Part shown: piece after piece, positions 49,412 to 63,140 of the stretch | Position numbering within the stretch: position 1 is the stretch's first letter | Layout: every line of letters starts with the position of its first letter | Assembly (NCBI RefSeq): GCF_963921235.1 | Contig: NC_086097.1 | Coordinates: 130,574,001-130,638,000, forward strand | DNA length: 64,000 nt | Direction: 5' to 3' | DNA from: Mobula hypostoma | Taxonomy: Eukaryota | Program-made: the position numbers and the translations under genes | Notes under the pieces: generated by a model | The model's database searches: none | What the model saw: only the letters and a program-made list of their open reading frames with translations | What the model was told of the DNA's origin: nothing

Positions 49412-50788
49412 AGTTAAAAATTGACAAATTACCCATTGATCAGAAAGCCGTGTTCTTATTTATAAATTAAAGGAAATTATATAATTCACAAAATTATGTA
49501 TCTTGCTTCCAAACTAAAGATAACCTATTAAACGTGCTACTCTTAATTAGTATGTTGATTTGTAAACCAAAACAAACAGAAACATTCAAAATTACTACTT
49601 TATCAGGAAATTCAACAGTTACTTCTATCATTTAATAAGTACATTCATTTCATTCCAATGCAAGCTATTCCAGTGGAATCGCCAAAACTCTCAGTAGGAA
49701 GCTGTGTTTGGGAAATGGTTTAAGAATCTGATAAAACAGGAGGTTGTAGTCAGGACCCTGAGTTCCTACCAAAAGTGTTCCTAATACGATAGGAACAAGG
49801 GGAGATGTCAACAAATACTTTCCTCTTGTTTCTTGCCAAAAGAGATAGGGATTAACTACATTTGAGGTAGTGCAGGGAGGGGTGTAAGAGAGATGCGTGC
49901 ACATATTCACTCTACAATTATAAGACCATAAATGTATATCCTTCCAAAGGCTATCTAATTTAAACTTCTACAAACATGCCAACTACTTTTTACAACAAGA
50001 TCCTCTGCTATTATAATAGATTTGTGCTCAGATAAATAAAATTTACTTCAGTATGTCTTAATATAAAGATCAGATAATGCTATCACTAAAAGGTCATTAT
50101 TTTCTGAGTCCTAGAAACAGAAATTTGTTCTCCAACCTTTTTGCCCCACTAAAACATAACAACTGGTCATTTGCCACACTGGAGTTTATGTCATCCTTAA
50201 TTGGTCTGTGTAGATATAACAGCAGTAACTGTTCAAAAGGTAACTTACAAAGTGCAAAATGTTTCAGTGCACTCTACAGAGTGCCTCTTGACATCAATGC
50301 CATCCTGCAAATGTGCATTCATTTTCTGTACTTGAAATATTTCTACTCCACAAGGTAACCAATCAAATCTTATATTTTTCTTGTCTCTGAGTACATTCCA
50401 GTCAATCTATCATATTTAAGATCTAGAAACTGCTGTTGTGTCAGCAGAGAGTATAATTAACTCAGGCACAGCAAGGTCTAATAAACGGTAGTGATGTCAA
50501 AGATCTCACATTAATGGTATCGGTGGAAGAGCATATATTGGCCAGGATACCAGAGAAATCGAGATTTGAGATATGACTGCAGATGCTGTAATCTGGAGCA
50601 AAAGTAACAATTTGCTGCAGGGCTCTTGAAGCATGGTCTTGAATTGAAACGTCAACTATTCATCTAGCATTCAAAGATGCTGCCTGACTTGCTGAGTTCC
50701 TCCTGCAGACTGTTCGTTGTACCAGAGGAAAGTGACCACTTCATTAAACAACCTTATATCCACCTGGAAAGGTAGATAGTTTTGCTTA

Positions 50789-50790
<2 letters not shown>

Positions 50791-50842
<52 letters not shown>
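50791..50842 (+). repeat. (GT)26 microsatellite followed by (TA)n
   Basis: Read directly from the sequence. Confidence 0.97.
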
Positions 50843-50843
<1 letters not shown>

Positions 50844-50862
50844 TATATATATTTTATATATA

Positions 50863-51270
50863 TAATGGCTCCGTCTGTCTAAATAGACAATGGATGCGCC
50901 CAGTTTTCCATGGCGCAGACCTGGGTGATGAATACGGAGATCCTGGGCTGCCCAGACATCAAGATCCCCCTCTCGGCCTCGCGGATGTGGTCCAAAGGAA
51001 TGCAAAGCAGTACACTTGGCATCAGCTTGGCTGCAGGAGTTGCTGGGAGATGACGTGATACATCATCCAACCGCCTTAGGGGCTCCACTCCGGATTTGTG
51101 TTGGGTTTACTCCTTAGCCTTCTCTTCTCTGGAAGATACCCACAAGGCAGTGGGATCCGTAACCCTGGATAGGGGCCCATACGGGGGTATTGTCAGCCGG
51201 AGCCAGCTGAGCCCGGGACTTGTGTAAGGCAGGGTCGTCACGCCCTGTAGTAGTGACATATGAAGCCACT
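50863..51270 (-). mobile_element. Non-autonomous retroposon, probably RTE-associated
   Basis: GC/CpG-rich 400-bp block with sharp edges whose minus-strand 3' end runs into (TA)n(CA)n. Family assignment is from recollection only. Confidence 0.5.
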
Positions 51271-52624
51271 ATCCACTATACATACTGAATGTACTACCTC
51301 AATAATAAACAAACTCCTTCTCATTTATTCTCATTCACCAGAATTCTTATTTTATTAATTGATTAAATACATACCAAGTGACAATTACTAAACTGGGGAT
51401 ATCGGTTATTTAAAATAAAAGCAAAAAAATCCTGTCAAAAATCTGAAATGTTACTTCTGTTTCTCTTCCCCAAGATGCTGCCTGACCTGCTGAGTATTTT
51501 CAGCATTGTCTGTAAGTACTCTTCATTTCAGTTAATTTTGTTTGCCTTTTGCATTAGCATTCATCACAGCTAAAAGGTATGCAATAATATCACGCAAAAT
51601 AAAGTCCAGCCTCACATACTGATTCAAATTTCATCAGGAAAAGTAGTTATGAACCAGTAATTATTTTTTCCTGGAAAGAAATGAATCCATTTTATTGGGA
51701 TGACTGATTCTGAATGCTACCTTCCATAAATATATGCTAAAAATAACTTTAAATCCATTAGCTATAAGAAGATGATGATGGCCAAGAGATATTTGCAACA
51801 ATTTCAAGTAAATTTCATTGCTATTATTAATCTGAGCTAACATGGAGAGCTAGAAACACACTCAGCACAACACAATTTATAGAGGTTATAAAAATAATCT
51901 ATAATTCATTGCAGATAATAAAAACACTGAAAGAACCAGAAACAGAAAAAGAAAATAAAGGAAGAGGGGTAAAAGAGAGAGAAAGGGGAAATGAGTGACG
52001 GTGAGTGCATAGAAAGCAATTGAGAAGGATATAGAAAGTAAAAAAGAAATAATTTGCACTTGTATTTGAGATACAATTCCCAAAGCATTACATAGCAATG
52101 TAATATTGGCTAATTCAAAGCTACCACATCTAAAGATGCTGCCCTCTCTCATTACTGTTGTAATGTTGGCTAGACTGTGTACTTGGTTTTGAATTGTTTC
52201 TGTAATTGGTAAGATTTATGACAGGTATTGAAAAGATCTTCTTTACCAATTGGTGTCTCACATTTGGAATGAACTAACAGGTAAAGCAATAAAGATGAAA
52301 ATAGTGATCGATGTTGAAAGTCTTTCTGGGTCCTTCTGTCAGAAAGCTACAGTACCCAAAGAGTAAATGACCATTTTTTGTTAGAATAAAATAAGCATTT
52401 CCATATTCAGATATATATTCACCTAGGTTTTTTCTTCATAAAAATGCAATAGCAACTCAGCTTTATGTTAGACTTTCCATCCTTTGCTAATGCCACTTAC
52501 TGACCTCCCAGTATTAATACTAACTGTAAGGATGACTGTTAACACTGATTGCTCTGTCATTCTCCTGTATCTTGTTAGTGGTCTAACATCACAGGTTGGC
52601 AGGAGTATCAGTCTGGGGCAGGAC

Positions 52625-52905
52625 ACATGTCTGAGTTAGAGGGTTGTGGTCTACTCCAAGATGAGGGTGCAAAAACATGGACCATTACTCCAGTGTGATA
52701 TAGCTAGAGGTGCCATCTTTCTAATAGGGTCGGTCTGCTTTTTCAGGTGAGTACTATCTTCAATCACAGTAACAGAATTTGACTGGGTGCCCTAAACATC
52801 ACTTATCCCACAATCAGTTAACAACGAAAAACAAATTGGACATTTTCACGTTGCTGTTTGTCAGAACTTGCTGTGCAAAATGCTGGTTGCTGCACTTTCT
52901 ATACA
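52625..52905 (+). mobile_element. Degenerate DeuSINE (SacSINE1-like)
   Basis: gaggtgccatctttc...gtctgc...caggtg...cacgttgctgtttgtcagaacttgctgtgcaaaa. Confidence 0.55.
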
Positions 52906-53919
52906 TCTTACAAGGGACAGGAAAGACTCCAAATATAATTAAATTCTCCTTTCTGACAGTGCTTCATTTAATAAATTCTGATATTCATGACCTGTCTTAG
53001 GGCTGTAGTGGCAAAATGCATCTTAAATTCTGCCTTTCCCGTCATAAAACTCTTACACAAAATCAAGCATTCCAAATGATCTTACAGAGGCACGGACTGC
53101 CAACAGAACATGGGCAGAGAAAGGCAAGGGAAACCAGTGAAGATGTTTACAAAGCCATAAGACTTTCAGGGAGACTTTGAAGGAGCAGATGGAGATTTAC
53201 CGAATGAGCATTTTAAAAATGGGGCAGCAAAATAGCAGAAAATGATAAGGCAGAAGGGAGGAATGCAGAGGTGATGGATCACCAGAATTAAGCATGGTAG
53301 TATGTGCAGTTAAAGGAGGCTATAAAAATGGAGGAAATGTCCTGGATGAATTGGTAAACGAGAAAAGAATTTTCACCCTAATAATTTTTTATCCGTCTAG
53401 TTCAACCTATAAATAAGAAGTTTGAAGCTGAGTTCTCAGAGGGCTGTAGAGCAGAAGGGTGGGGAGAGTGAGAACCTTAAAACTGACGAATTGTTTTACT
53501 GAGAGAGGGTCAATGGTGATGAGTAACGGATGATTGGGAAATTGTGCCAATTCAAACAAGGTTACAGGGTTTGGAAGATCTCAAGGTCTCATCATGGGTA
53601 GCCAGATGTAAGTTGGTGTACTGCAGATTTTTGGGCGGGTTCCAGCCTGTATAACAAGAGATGCAAGCTTGGGAAGGTCTACAGCCAAACGATAGGGAGT
53701 GCTATCAGTGAGTAGATGTAGGAGGACAGAGGGAGGAGGTTGATGGTTTGGAGATAGCACTTGTAGTGGTTATTGGGTGCTATTTGAAGCTTATCACAGG
53801 ATCACAAGCTGTTCTAAATGAACGAGTGAGAGGATAGCAGTCATCAGTATGCAGAGGTTTAACCAATAATTGAACTGACTACTACTGTTAACCTGAAGCA
53901 CACATTCACCCATCTAGTC

Positions 53920-54280
53920 ACTGATAGAAGTTTATACAATTTGAGAGAAACATACAGGGTAGACATTCAGAATCATTTTCCAAGGGTAGAAACATTGAGT
54001 GCTAGAGGTAATGCATTAGGATGAGAGGGGGAAAGTTAAGGGAGATGTGTGGGGCAAATTTTTGTTACACAGAGAGTGGTAGGTGCCTGGAACTGGCTAC
54101 CAAGGGTAGTAGCAGAAGGAGACATCCCAGAGATGTTCAGAAAGCTGTTAGGTAGATGCAGAGAATGGAAGGATATGGATCACGTACAAGCAGAAGAGAT
54201 TCAGTTTAATTTGGCATCTTGTTCAGCACAGACACCGTGGGCCAAAGGACCTATTCCTGTACAGTACTGTTCTATGTTTT
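53920..54280 (+). mobile_element. CR1 3' fragment
   Basis: Encodes FVTQRVVGAWNWLP. Confidence 0.75.
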
Positions 54281-56019
54281 ATACTAAAAGAATGCTGGAA
54301 ACACTCAGCAAGTCCAACCTTATGCAGAGAGTACAACAGGGGTTAAAATCTCGTGTTGACAGGATTTCTGGTTCGGATGAAAGTTCATGCACCTTAAAAC
54401 CTTAACCCTGTTGTTTTTTTTTCTCTCTCTCTCTCTTGCATACACAGTTTGACCTGATGAATGTCCCTAGCATTTTCTTTTTCATACCATATTTCATATT
54501 ATATACTGTATATATATGTACATATATTTTTTTACTTTCATCTAGCTAAACATGATCAGTAAACTGAAAGAAATATTGCTGAATATGGCGTCATCTATAT
54601 TTGAATGTCTGCAGTCATACATCATTCTCAATTTAACAAGTGAAGTGCGTATTAACATCCCAACTATTATTACTTGCACTGTTCTCTGGTATTACAAATA
54701 GCAACAGACACTCAGTACACAATATGTAAAAGAGTACCACCCAAGGCCATACTAAACCCTTTATCGTAAAACTGTCCATCACAACCAAGCAGTAACTGGT
54801 CCTACCATTTCACTTCAACAGTTAATGAAGTGACAGAACTTTTGTAAACTCCAGAATAAGCAAGACACGCTATAGACCCCCAAAATTACTCTGATCACTG
54901 TGGTGGTAAGACAGTGGGAAAGAGGAGGCATTACCCAGTCTCCTCAATCTTTAAAGTGTGTCTTGAATTTAAAATATGACAGCAGTTTCATTATGAACAA
55001 AGAAAAACAGGAAATTAAGGGTGTAGAATGTGTTGTGCTTCATCACAGAACTGTAGACAGGCATGCAGATATTCTTAACTCAGCTTTAAGTCTCTGTAGC
55101 AATGACAATTACTGTCTCGTTATGCCTACTTTGGGTTTTCAGTTTAATACAACAGGCACAGTGCTTGCTGATTGAATCAATACTACCAACATTAACTTGG
55201 CAAGCTTGTTTTGTTTTCCATTAATACCTACTCTTTAACAAACAGCAGCATGGATCATAAAGGACGACATCATTAGAGAGGCCGAAGTGACTTCCATTTT
55301 GATAGCACCTCTCACATAGCAGAACATTTAAGGTGTAACGTTGAGCAAAATTAGACACCCAGCCACACAAGGTGGATTTCGAGCAATATTTTAGTCAAGT
55401 TGGTAGGAGAGAGTCATGGAATTGTACAGCACAGAAACAGGCCCTTCAGCTCATCACACCCATGCTGACCATTTCTCCCGATATCCACTAATCCCATTTG
55501 CCCATATTCGATCCCTATCCTTCTCTATCTTTCCCATTCTAGTGAAAAATTATTATTAGAGTCATAGCACTGAGAAATGCCCATGCTGACCATGGTAAAC
55601 ACCTAAGCTAGACCCATTTATCCACGTTTGGCCTATACCCCTCTAAACCTTTCCTATCCATGTGCATGTCCAAGCACCCGTTAAATGTTATATATCTCTG
55701 TAAGGTCAGACTTCATTTTCCTGCACACCAAGCAATAAAGCCCTAGCATGTCCAACTTCCCTATAACTCAGGCCCTCAAGTCCTGGCAGCATTCTTTGAA
55801 ATCTGTTCCTTTCCACCTCTTCATTTTCTGAATCCATTCTTTCTGTCTTTTTATTTTATTCTCTGAAGCTGACTTTTCTTCAATTCATCCTGTCTGAAGC
55901 ACACTCAATCCCCTTTCTTTACAGCCTTTCAGTAACTTGCAAAAAAATTTGAAAGCTTAGCAGCCCCAGGGCAAGTCTGACTATTGACTAATTTTTGCAA
56001 ATTTAATTTGCCACAATTT

Positions 56020-56450
56020 AAGGGCTCGAGTTGTTGGTAGAGGTTGTGCAGGCTAGGACCTTATTCCATGGAGAGTAGGAATGAAGGGTGATCAAATAGA
56101 TGTGTATAAAATGACGAGAGGCATAGGCAGGGTGAATACACAGACTTTTTTTTCAGGAAAAAGGAATCAAAAACTACAGGGCATTGGTTTAAGTTGAGAG
56201 GGGAAAGATTTAAAAGGGGCGACTTCTTCACACAGAGGGCAATACATAAAAGGATACAGTTGCCAGAGAAAATGGTGGAGATGCTCACAGTAACAATTTT
56301 TAAAAGGTGTTTGCACAGAAAAGATTTAGGAAACACATTCATTAGGAATGAACGGGGAATGTTTAGATGGGCCAAACACAGGCAAGTGGGAGTAGCTTAG
56401 GTGGACATTTTTGTCAGCAATGGATGACCTACTTCTATGCTAGATTACTC
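56020..56450 (+). mobile_element. CR1 3' fragment
   Basis: Encodes RGERFKRGDFFTQR. Confidence 0.7.
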
Positions 56451-56970
56451 TATAATGGTAATGACAAGTGGATACAGATGCTGTTGGATGACATGTCACA
56501 GGAATAATGACCCAGCAGCGCTAAACTAGAGGAAAAATGAACTCATATTTATATATCGTTGGATTTAAGAGAAGTGCATGTTGAGAGTTCCAGAGATTGG
56601 GGCTCAGGGTGAACAAGAGGCCAGAACTGGACCTGAGAGTCCTCGGGCTTGAGCAGGGAACAAAGGTAAGGATGGGATGACGAGGATTTTAAAACTAACA
56701 CGGTGCGTAGTTGTAAGAGGGTACGGGTCAGAGGAGACGTTTGGTCCAGAATTAGCACCGGTGTTGCAGAGTTCTGGAATATCTCTAACTGATGAACGTA
56801 GAGAGGGAAAGACAATGAGAATAATCAATCAAACAGAGAAAAGTAGGGTTGAAGGTTATAGCAGCAGATAAGACAGGGCAGGAATTCATATCTACTGACA
56901 GGCTTAACAAGTCAAGATATAACCAAAATAGCTCAAACTGAGGAGGCGGTGCAAAGCCACCTGTACAAAC

Positions 56971-57061
56971 CTCCGGCAGCATTGCAGGCAGCGTCGCGTT
57001 GGTTAAACTCAAAGAGAAAGCTGAAGTCAAACTCTTCCTCGTCCGTGCACAGAGAAGTCAT
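56971..57061 (-). CDS. NFATC1: NFATC1 first coding exon, beta (P2-type) N-terminus; 91 nt, phase-1 donor
   Basis: Manual translation from the ATG at 57061 gives MTSLCTDEEEFDFSFLFEFNQRDAACNAAG+G. This matches the NFATc1-beta N-terminus (human MTGLEDQEFDFEFLFEFNQRD...). The donor GAG|GTTTGT leaves 1 nt that joins the AA of the next exon to form GAA (Glu). Confidence 0.92.
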
Positions 57062-57470
57062 TGGAGTGTGGGAATAGGGGGAAGGACTGGAAAGGAGGGG
57101 GTAGGGGTGTCAGCAGCGACTGATGGTTCCGGCAAAGAACAGCGGCCAACCCCGCTTACAGCCTTCAGGAAACTTGGCAACAGCTCCAGACCAAAGGAAG
57201 ATTCAATGCTTCCTGTACGCTCGGCGTTTTACTCGCCCTCCAGCCCCAGTGCGCCCGCTCTCTCCTGAGGAGGCAATCCAATTGCTACCTCTCTTGTTGC
57301 TACAGCGTTTCCTGTCTGTCTCAGCGGCGAATCTCTTCTGTAATCATACTCACTCAGTTTCCTGGTTTTAGCACAGATGTTATGCGTGCAGCGTGTTACT
57401 CACTACTTGTTGTCAAAGTTGAACTTAATAGCTCTCCGCGCTTTGCCACATGTGGTATATCTCCACCGAG
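57062..57470 (-). promoter_or_regulatory. Putative 5'UTR/proximal promoter of the NFATC1 beta first exon
   Basis: Non-repetitive and CpG-enriched relative to the CpG-poor introns. Contains GC-box-like CGCCC motifs and has no upstream ATG for about 280 nt. The TSS cannot be determined from sequence. Confidence 0.55.
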
Positions 57471-59984
57471 CTTTGGAAATTAATCTTTGGCTCTGGATTT
57501 TTAATAAAATTTAATTCCTTCATTTTAATATATTTACAAAGAAATGCAACCTGAATATCACCAACATGAGAAATAATCTAACTTTCAAAACTAGTCAATT
57601 TATGGGATATCTACTATGTTCAAACATGTTCTAAATTGTTTGTGTTAATTGGCACAATAGGACAATAAAATTAACAATTTCTGAGCAACCTTTACACTTG
57701 GAGTGTGTAGAAGTTAAATTATGTTTTATAATTTGATTTCTACACATCCCAAATTTACAGCACAAAATTCATATTCTTCCAATGAACAATCACTTCTGCA
57801 GTTTTAGGTTATCTTCATGTTTAAATAGTGTTATAACTATAATCATGCTTAAATAGTGTGATAATTATATTTCACTTTTTAAGCAAACCGTTCCTCAGAA
57901 CTGCACTTGTGGTAACTCCAAGGTCGCTTGATGATGTGCAATTTCTCTCCTGGTTGGCACACAAAAGAAAGTGAGTTGTGGAAGTCAATCACTTCAGCTC
58001 CAAGACCTTGCTGCGGAAGTTCTTCAGGGAGGTTCTTGGCCCAACATCATCAACTGCCTCATAATCGGCCTTCCTTTCATCATTATCACAGAAAAAGGAG
58101 TAATTTCTGCTCAATTCACTTCTCATTCTCAGATAATGAAGCTATCTGTGCCCAATCCTGCCAAAACATTCAGGCAATGGCTGAAAAGTGGAGCCACCAA
58201 AGAGACGGCAGATGCTGCATCAGGAGTTGCAAACAGTTTGCTGGTGGAACAGAAATCCAGCTGCATCTGACAGGAGAAAAATATTTCAGGTCCAAACCCT
58301 GCATCAGAACCGAGTGGAGAACCTGGTTCCATCTGCCCTTTTTCCCTCTGTCTGCTTCCACCTCTCGTCCACCCACCCCAACCCCCACCCCTGCCCTGCT
58401 CATCATCCTTCACTTTTCCTCAGTCCACCAATCACTTACCCGCCCCTTCTCCCCTCTTTATATTGACCAGCATTCTTCTCCACTCTTAGTACTAACGCAG
58501 GTGCTTGACCCAAAATGTCAACAAATCATTTCCCCACAGATGCTGCTTGACCCTATAAGTCACTCCAGCATTTTGGGTTTTTTGGTTGATAATTCCTTGA
58601 GGCCCTCCTCCACTGGCCAGGGTCAACCATGGATGATGCATCCCATGACACACAAACCAGGGTAGTACGGTATGGAGAGCAAGCTGACAATTGGCAATTA
58701 ACACTTAGACATTGGAGAGCTTGTTAATAATCATCCCCAACAGGAGTTAGTTGAAACAATGACCTCGGGTGGGATTACGATTGCTGAGACCCCGCTATCA
58801 ATGTTCTGTAAAACACTATTGGTCCGACGTTTATCTGGGCTACCCATATTAAATGCTATAGCTATAGGAACAGCTCAGAAACTGGGATCCTGTGACGAGT
58901 GATTCACCTTTTCACAGTTCAAGTGCTCTCTGCTATATATAAGGTACACATTAGATTGAAAAATGACTGAGCTGCTTTGGTCAGTCCAGTTCCAATAACA
59001 TCAAGAAGTCCAATTCTATTCGAAACAAAGCTGGCACACTATCCACCACCACAAATGTCTGTTTTCTACATTCCTAGCACATCTTGGATGCATTGTTTGG
59101 CATGTACAAAATGTGTAGCAGATATACTAGACCAGATTACACTGATTTCACCCCCCAAACCTACAATGCCTACTGTCAAGGGCATTAATACCACAGTCAG
59201 AGACCTCTGCAATCTCTTCAACTCACATATCATCGGTACAGTACTTGGAAATACTGTGGATTCTGGTCAGGTGGGCCACTAGTTCAAGAAATAGCTCACT
59301 ACCACCTTGTTATGGCCAAACAAGAATAGGGACGAGATACTGACCTTAACAACAGTGCCCGCATTCTACAAATGACAAAAGATATCAAGATATAGACTTT
59401 TACCAGTTAATGCATTCTCTAAATCTCCTGAGATATATTTTTCTAATAGCTCCATATCCATCATATCTGATGTTAATGGCTTTGAGTTCAGTATAACATC
59501 AACATTGGCAGCTTTTAGCTTGGACACCCTTTGACACCTGTTTTGTCAGCATGTTGTTAATTTGAACACTACCTTAACACTGGAGACAACTAATTTCACC
59601 TCCACACGCCATTATTTCCTTTCACTTTCTGATCCTGCAAACCTGTGGGGAAACCTTCCTCTACCTATGAAAATCTTAAAGATCTCCTTTTACTGTTTCT
59701 CATCTTCAAAAGGGAAGTCTTAAACCAAGGAAAAATCCCTTTTAACTCAGCCCTCAGTTTCAAAGTCAGCTTCTCTTATCATAATTCAAATGCCTTCTGT
59801 AATACAGAAACCAAAGCTGATTACAGCTAGATACACTTCCCACTTCTATTTCTTACCCAAGAGTAACAAATAGGAGTGCACTGGTAGTCCTACTATTTCT
59901 GCCTGCTTTCGTCCCACCAAACTTATCTCCTCATACACCCCACATGCCCTCCTCCATTTTGACAACTTTAATTTCCTAGTCCTC

Positions 59985-60090
59985 ACTGCCTCATCTTTAC
60001 TGTGGATGTCTCCTTACCCTATCACCTCCATCCCCCATCAGGGAGGTGTTCCGAGATCTCCGCTTCATTCTACAGAATAGATCTAACAAG
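59985..60090 (+). mobile_element. Ancient Penelope RT relic
   Basis: catctttactgtggatgtc...ctccatcccccatcagg...cgcttc aligns by eye with 46262-46350. Confidence 0.55.
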
Positions 60091-61252
60091 TAATTTATCT
60101 CTCACACAGATGGATAAAGGATTGGAGGGCATGTGAGAGAATATTTACAGGGAAATAATTGGAGGGATGGGATTGTTGTGGTAGGTCTAAGAACTGGCAT
60201 AGATATTTTGGGCTGAAAAGTCTAGCTATGTGGTAAGGAAATATGAACATTTTCAACATCACTTCCTTTGACTGGTAAGCCTCACCTTATCTACAGAAAC
60301 AAATACGTTTTGCTTACTTTCCTGTCTATACAATATTGCCACATTGACAACTTGAAGAACTAACCACACAAAACAAAAGATTTCTGCTACGCCACATTTG
60401 AAGCAGGCATACTTGTCATTATTCTGTGTTGTCAAATGTTCATCCATGGTCCTATCCAAGTGGCCCTGTGTTGATTAACATTATTAGGCAATGCAAATTT
60501 ACAATCTGTACATAGCTTTGGGATTAGTACCAAAGATTAATTCTAATAGAGAAACTCTGTCATTAAAATTCAAAGGAAAGGGAACACAATTTCCCCTTCT
60601 AGAATCCACACTTCTCATGTAAAGTTGTGCTCCATTATTAGTTTGAGATTCCCTTCATGTTATAAGTGTCGTGTTGGCGTAAACAAAACCATTTTGTATG
60701 AAAAACAATGTGGATGAAAAAAAATGTACTGCTGGACACAAAATGACAACATTCTGTTTCCTATGGTATATTATTTTTTAATTACAATATGAATCTCTAG
60801 GGGAATTTGCTGACAACTGGTTCTCACTCTACATCACTAATTGATTTATTCCTAATGCCCAACTGCAGACAATGTTCAGGTTATCTGATTCAATGTTCAT
60901 GTTTGTTTTTTTTTTGCAGCAGCATCATATCATGTGGACACAACTTTTGCTTCCATGCTAAGTCCATCCCATTGGTAGCCCCATAAGCCACTGACCTCAT
61001 TAGCACAAGGTTGTGAGATTAGTCACCGTACACCCTTAGATCTATGCACGACATTAGTTTGTCAATTATTTCTTCATTTTAGGTGGATACTTTCTACTCC
61101 ACCTCATTCTCAAGATCCCTGAGGATTATAAATGCTTGAGTCAACCAATTGGCAGATTGGGCTACGAGTATCAAAGGAACCAACCTTGGCACATTGAACT
61201 CACAAGAGAAGAACAAAGTAGGTTTGTATATCTGATTAAAGGAGCTAATTAA

Positions 61253-61797
61253 AGCAGTTTTGGTCTCCAAATTTGAGGAAGGACATTCTTGCTATCGAGG
61301 GAGTGCAGCGTAGGTTCACGAGGTTAATTCCCGGGATGGCGGAACTGCCATATGTTGAAAGATTGGAGCGACTGGGCTTGTATACACTGGAATTTAGAAG
61401 GATGAGAGGGGATCTGATTGAAACATGTAAGATTATTAAGGGATTGGACACGCTAGAGGCAGGAAACATGTTCCTGATGTTGGGGAAGTCCAGAACCACA
61501 GGTCACAGTTTAAGAATAAGGGGTAGGCCATTTAGGACAGAGTTGAGGAAAAACTTTTTCACCCAGAGAGTTGTGGTTCTGTGGAATGCTCTGCCTCAGA
61601 AGGCAGTGGAGGCCAATTCTCCGGATGCTTTCAAGAAAGAGTTAGATAGAGCTCTTAAAAATAGTGTAATCAAGGGATATGGAGAGAAGGCAAGAACGAG
61701 GTACTGAGTGTGGATGATCAGCCATGATTACAGTGAATGGCGGTGCTGGCTCAAAGGGCTGAATGGCCTACTCCTGCACCTATTGACTATTGTCTAA
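61253..61797 (+). mobile_element. CR1 3' fragment
   Basis: 144-aa ORF RKDILAIEGVQRRFTRLIPG...KNFFTQRVVVLWNALP. Tail ctattgactattgtcta. Confidence 0.92.
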
Positions 61798-63140
61798 TGG
61801 GAAAAGGCAGGTAGGTGGAGCTGAGTCAATGGTCAGATCAGTCCTGACTTTATTAAACAATTTAGGTATAAAGACAATTCTGTCTTTATTCAATATCCAG
61901 ATCCATACATTTCTTGTGAGAACAAAGAATTTTGTTCAGTAATATGGTCACCCTGGCTTTCCTTTGTCTAAATCAGTGGGCATTAGAAACTCACCGTGAT
62001 TCCTCAGCTACTAACCATAAATCAGAAGGATATGGGTCATTCAGGAACCTAAAGTGCCCTTCTACTTTGAGAATGAGTTGGAGGAAAGCATCCCCACATT
62101 AAATGAAAATATCTTACCTCATTTCAGCAATGTTGTTTGTCACAATGAATATGCACATATTACAAATGCATTACTTCCCACTAATTCATTTAGCAAATGA
62201 TAAACATGAATATCCAAGAAGTTTGAAAGGTGAGTCAACACTGTCAAGGGAGCCAGCTGAGGAAAAGGGTTCAATATTCTTCAATACCTCTGTAAAGTTA
62301 CTAGTGCCAGGAAGATTTTGCATCATGATATTGCAAGTATAAATATTGTGAGTCTGTGTCAATTTGCCTTTTAATTCCAATCTGACTATACTTGAGAGAT
62401 TGTACTAAAGAAAGTCGCTAAAGCATTATATTCAATATTTTTCTGATTCTTAAGGAATGATTTCTCTTTTTGCTTCAACTACAATGACCGCCTTTCTCTA
62501 CTGTTGTTATTACTATTTCAGTATAGTGGATTTATATCCAGCATTTTGTGTAGTTGTTTTCAGGGATGTGGGAATTGCTGGACTAATTGTCTTTGAGAAG
62601 CTGCTAATGTCTTCTTGAACCACCGCAGCCTGTCTGGTGAAGGTGCCTTCCACACCCCCAGTGCTGTTAGAGAAGAAGAGCGGATGGGTTTCAGGATTTA
62701 GACCCGATGATAGATTTCCAAATTAGAACAGTGTTCTACTTGCAAGGGAACAAGCAAGTGAAGGTATTCCCATGCATCTGTTGTCTTGACCTTCTGGTGG
62801 GAGGCGATCACGAGTTTCAGAGATGCTGTTGGAGTAGCCTGGATGAGTAACTCTAATGCATATTTAAATCGGACACCACCCCAACTTCATCGTGAATTGG
62901 AACTGGAGTTACTTATTATTGTCATTGAGGGACAGTAAAAAGCTTTGCTACTCCAAGCCCAACCTGCCAACTGGTTGACTCAAGCTTTATACTTGCTTAC
63001 TGTTCATACAGATCAAATCATTGCACAGCACATTGAGGTAGTACAAGGTAAAACAATAACAGAATGCAGAATAAAATGCAACAGCTACAAAGAAAGTGCA
63101 GTGCAAGTAAGCACTAAGCTCTGCACTGGGCTCATATACA

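Noticed and set aside
53050..53900. Purine-rich stretch resembling an ancient minus-strand L2 (also about 56450-56900)
   Set aside because: Too decayed to support a family call or boundaries by eye.
57928..58665. 245-aa plus-strand ORF
   Set aside because: No recognisable domain, and the 3' half runs through decayed Penelope/SINE sequence.
62113..62380. Strong minus-strand donor GAG|GTAAGA and a 64-aa ORF as a possible alpha first exon
   Set aside because: The phase-1 frame needed to join exon 2 has TGA stops, and there is no similarity to the alpha peptide. A non-coding exon cannot be excluded.
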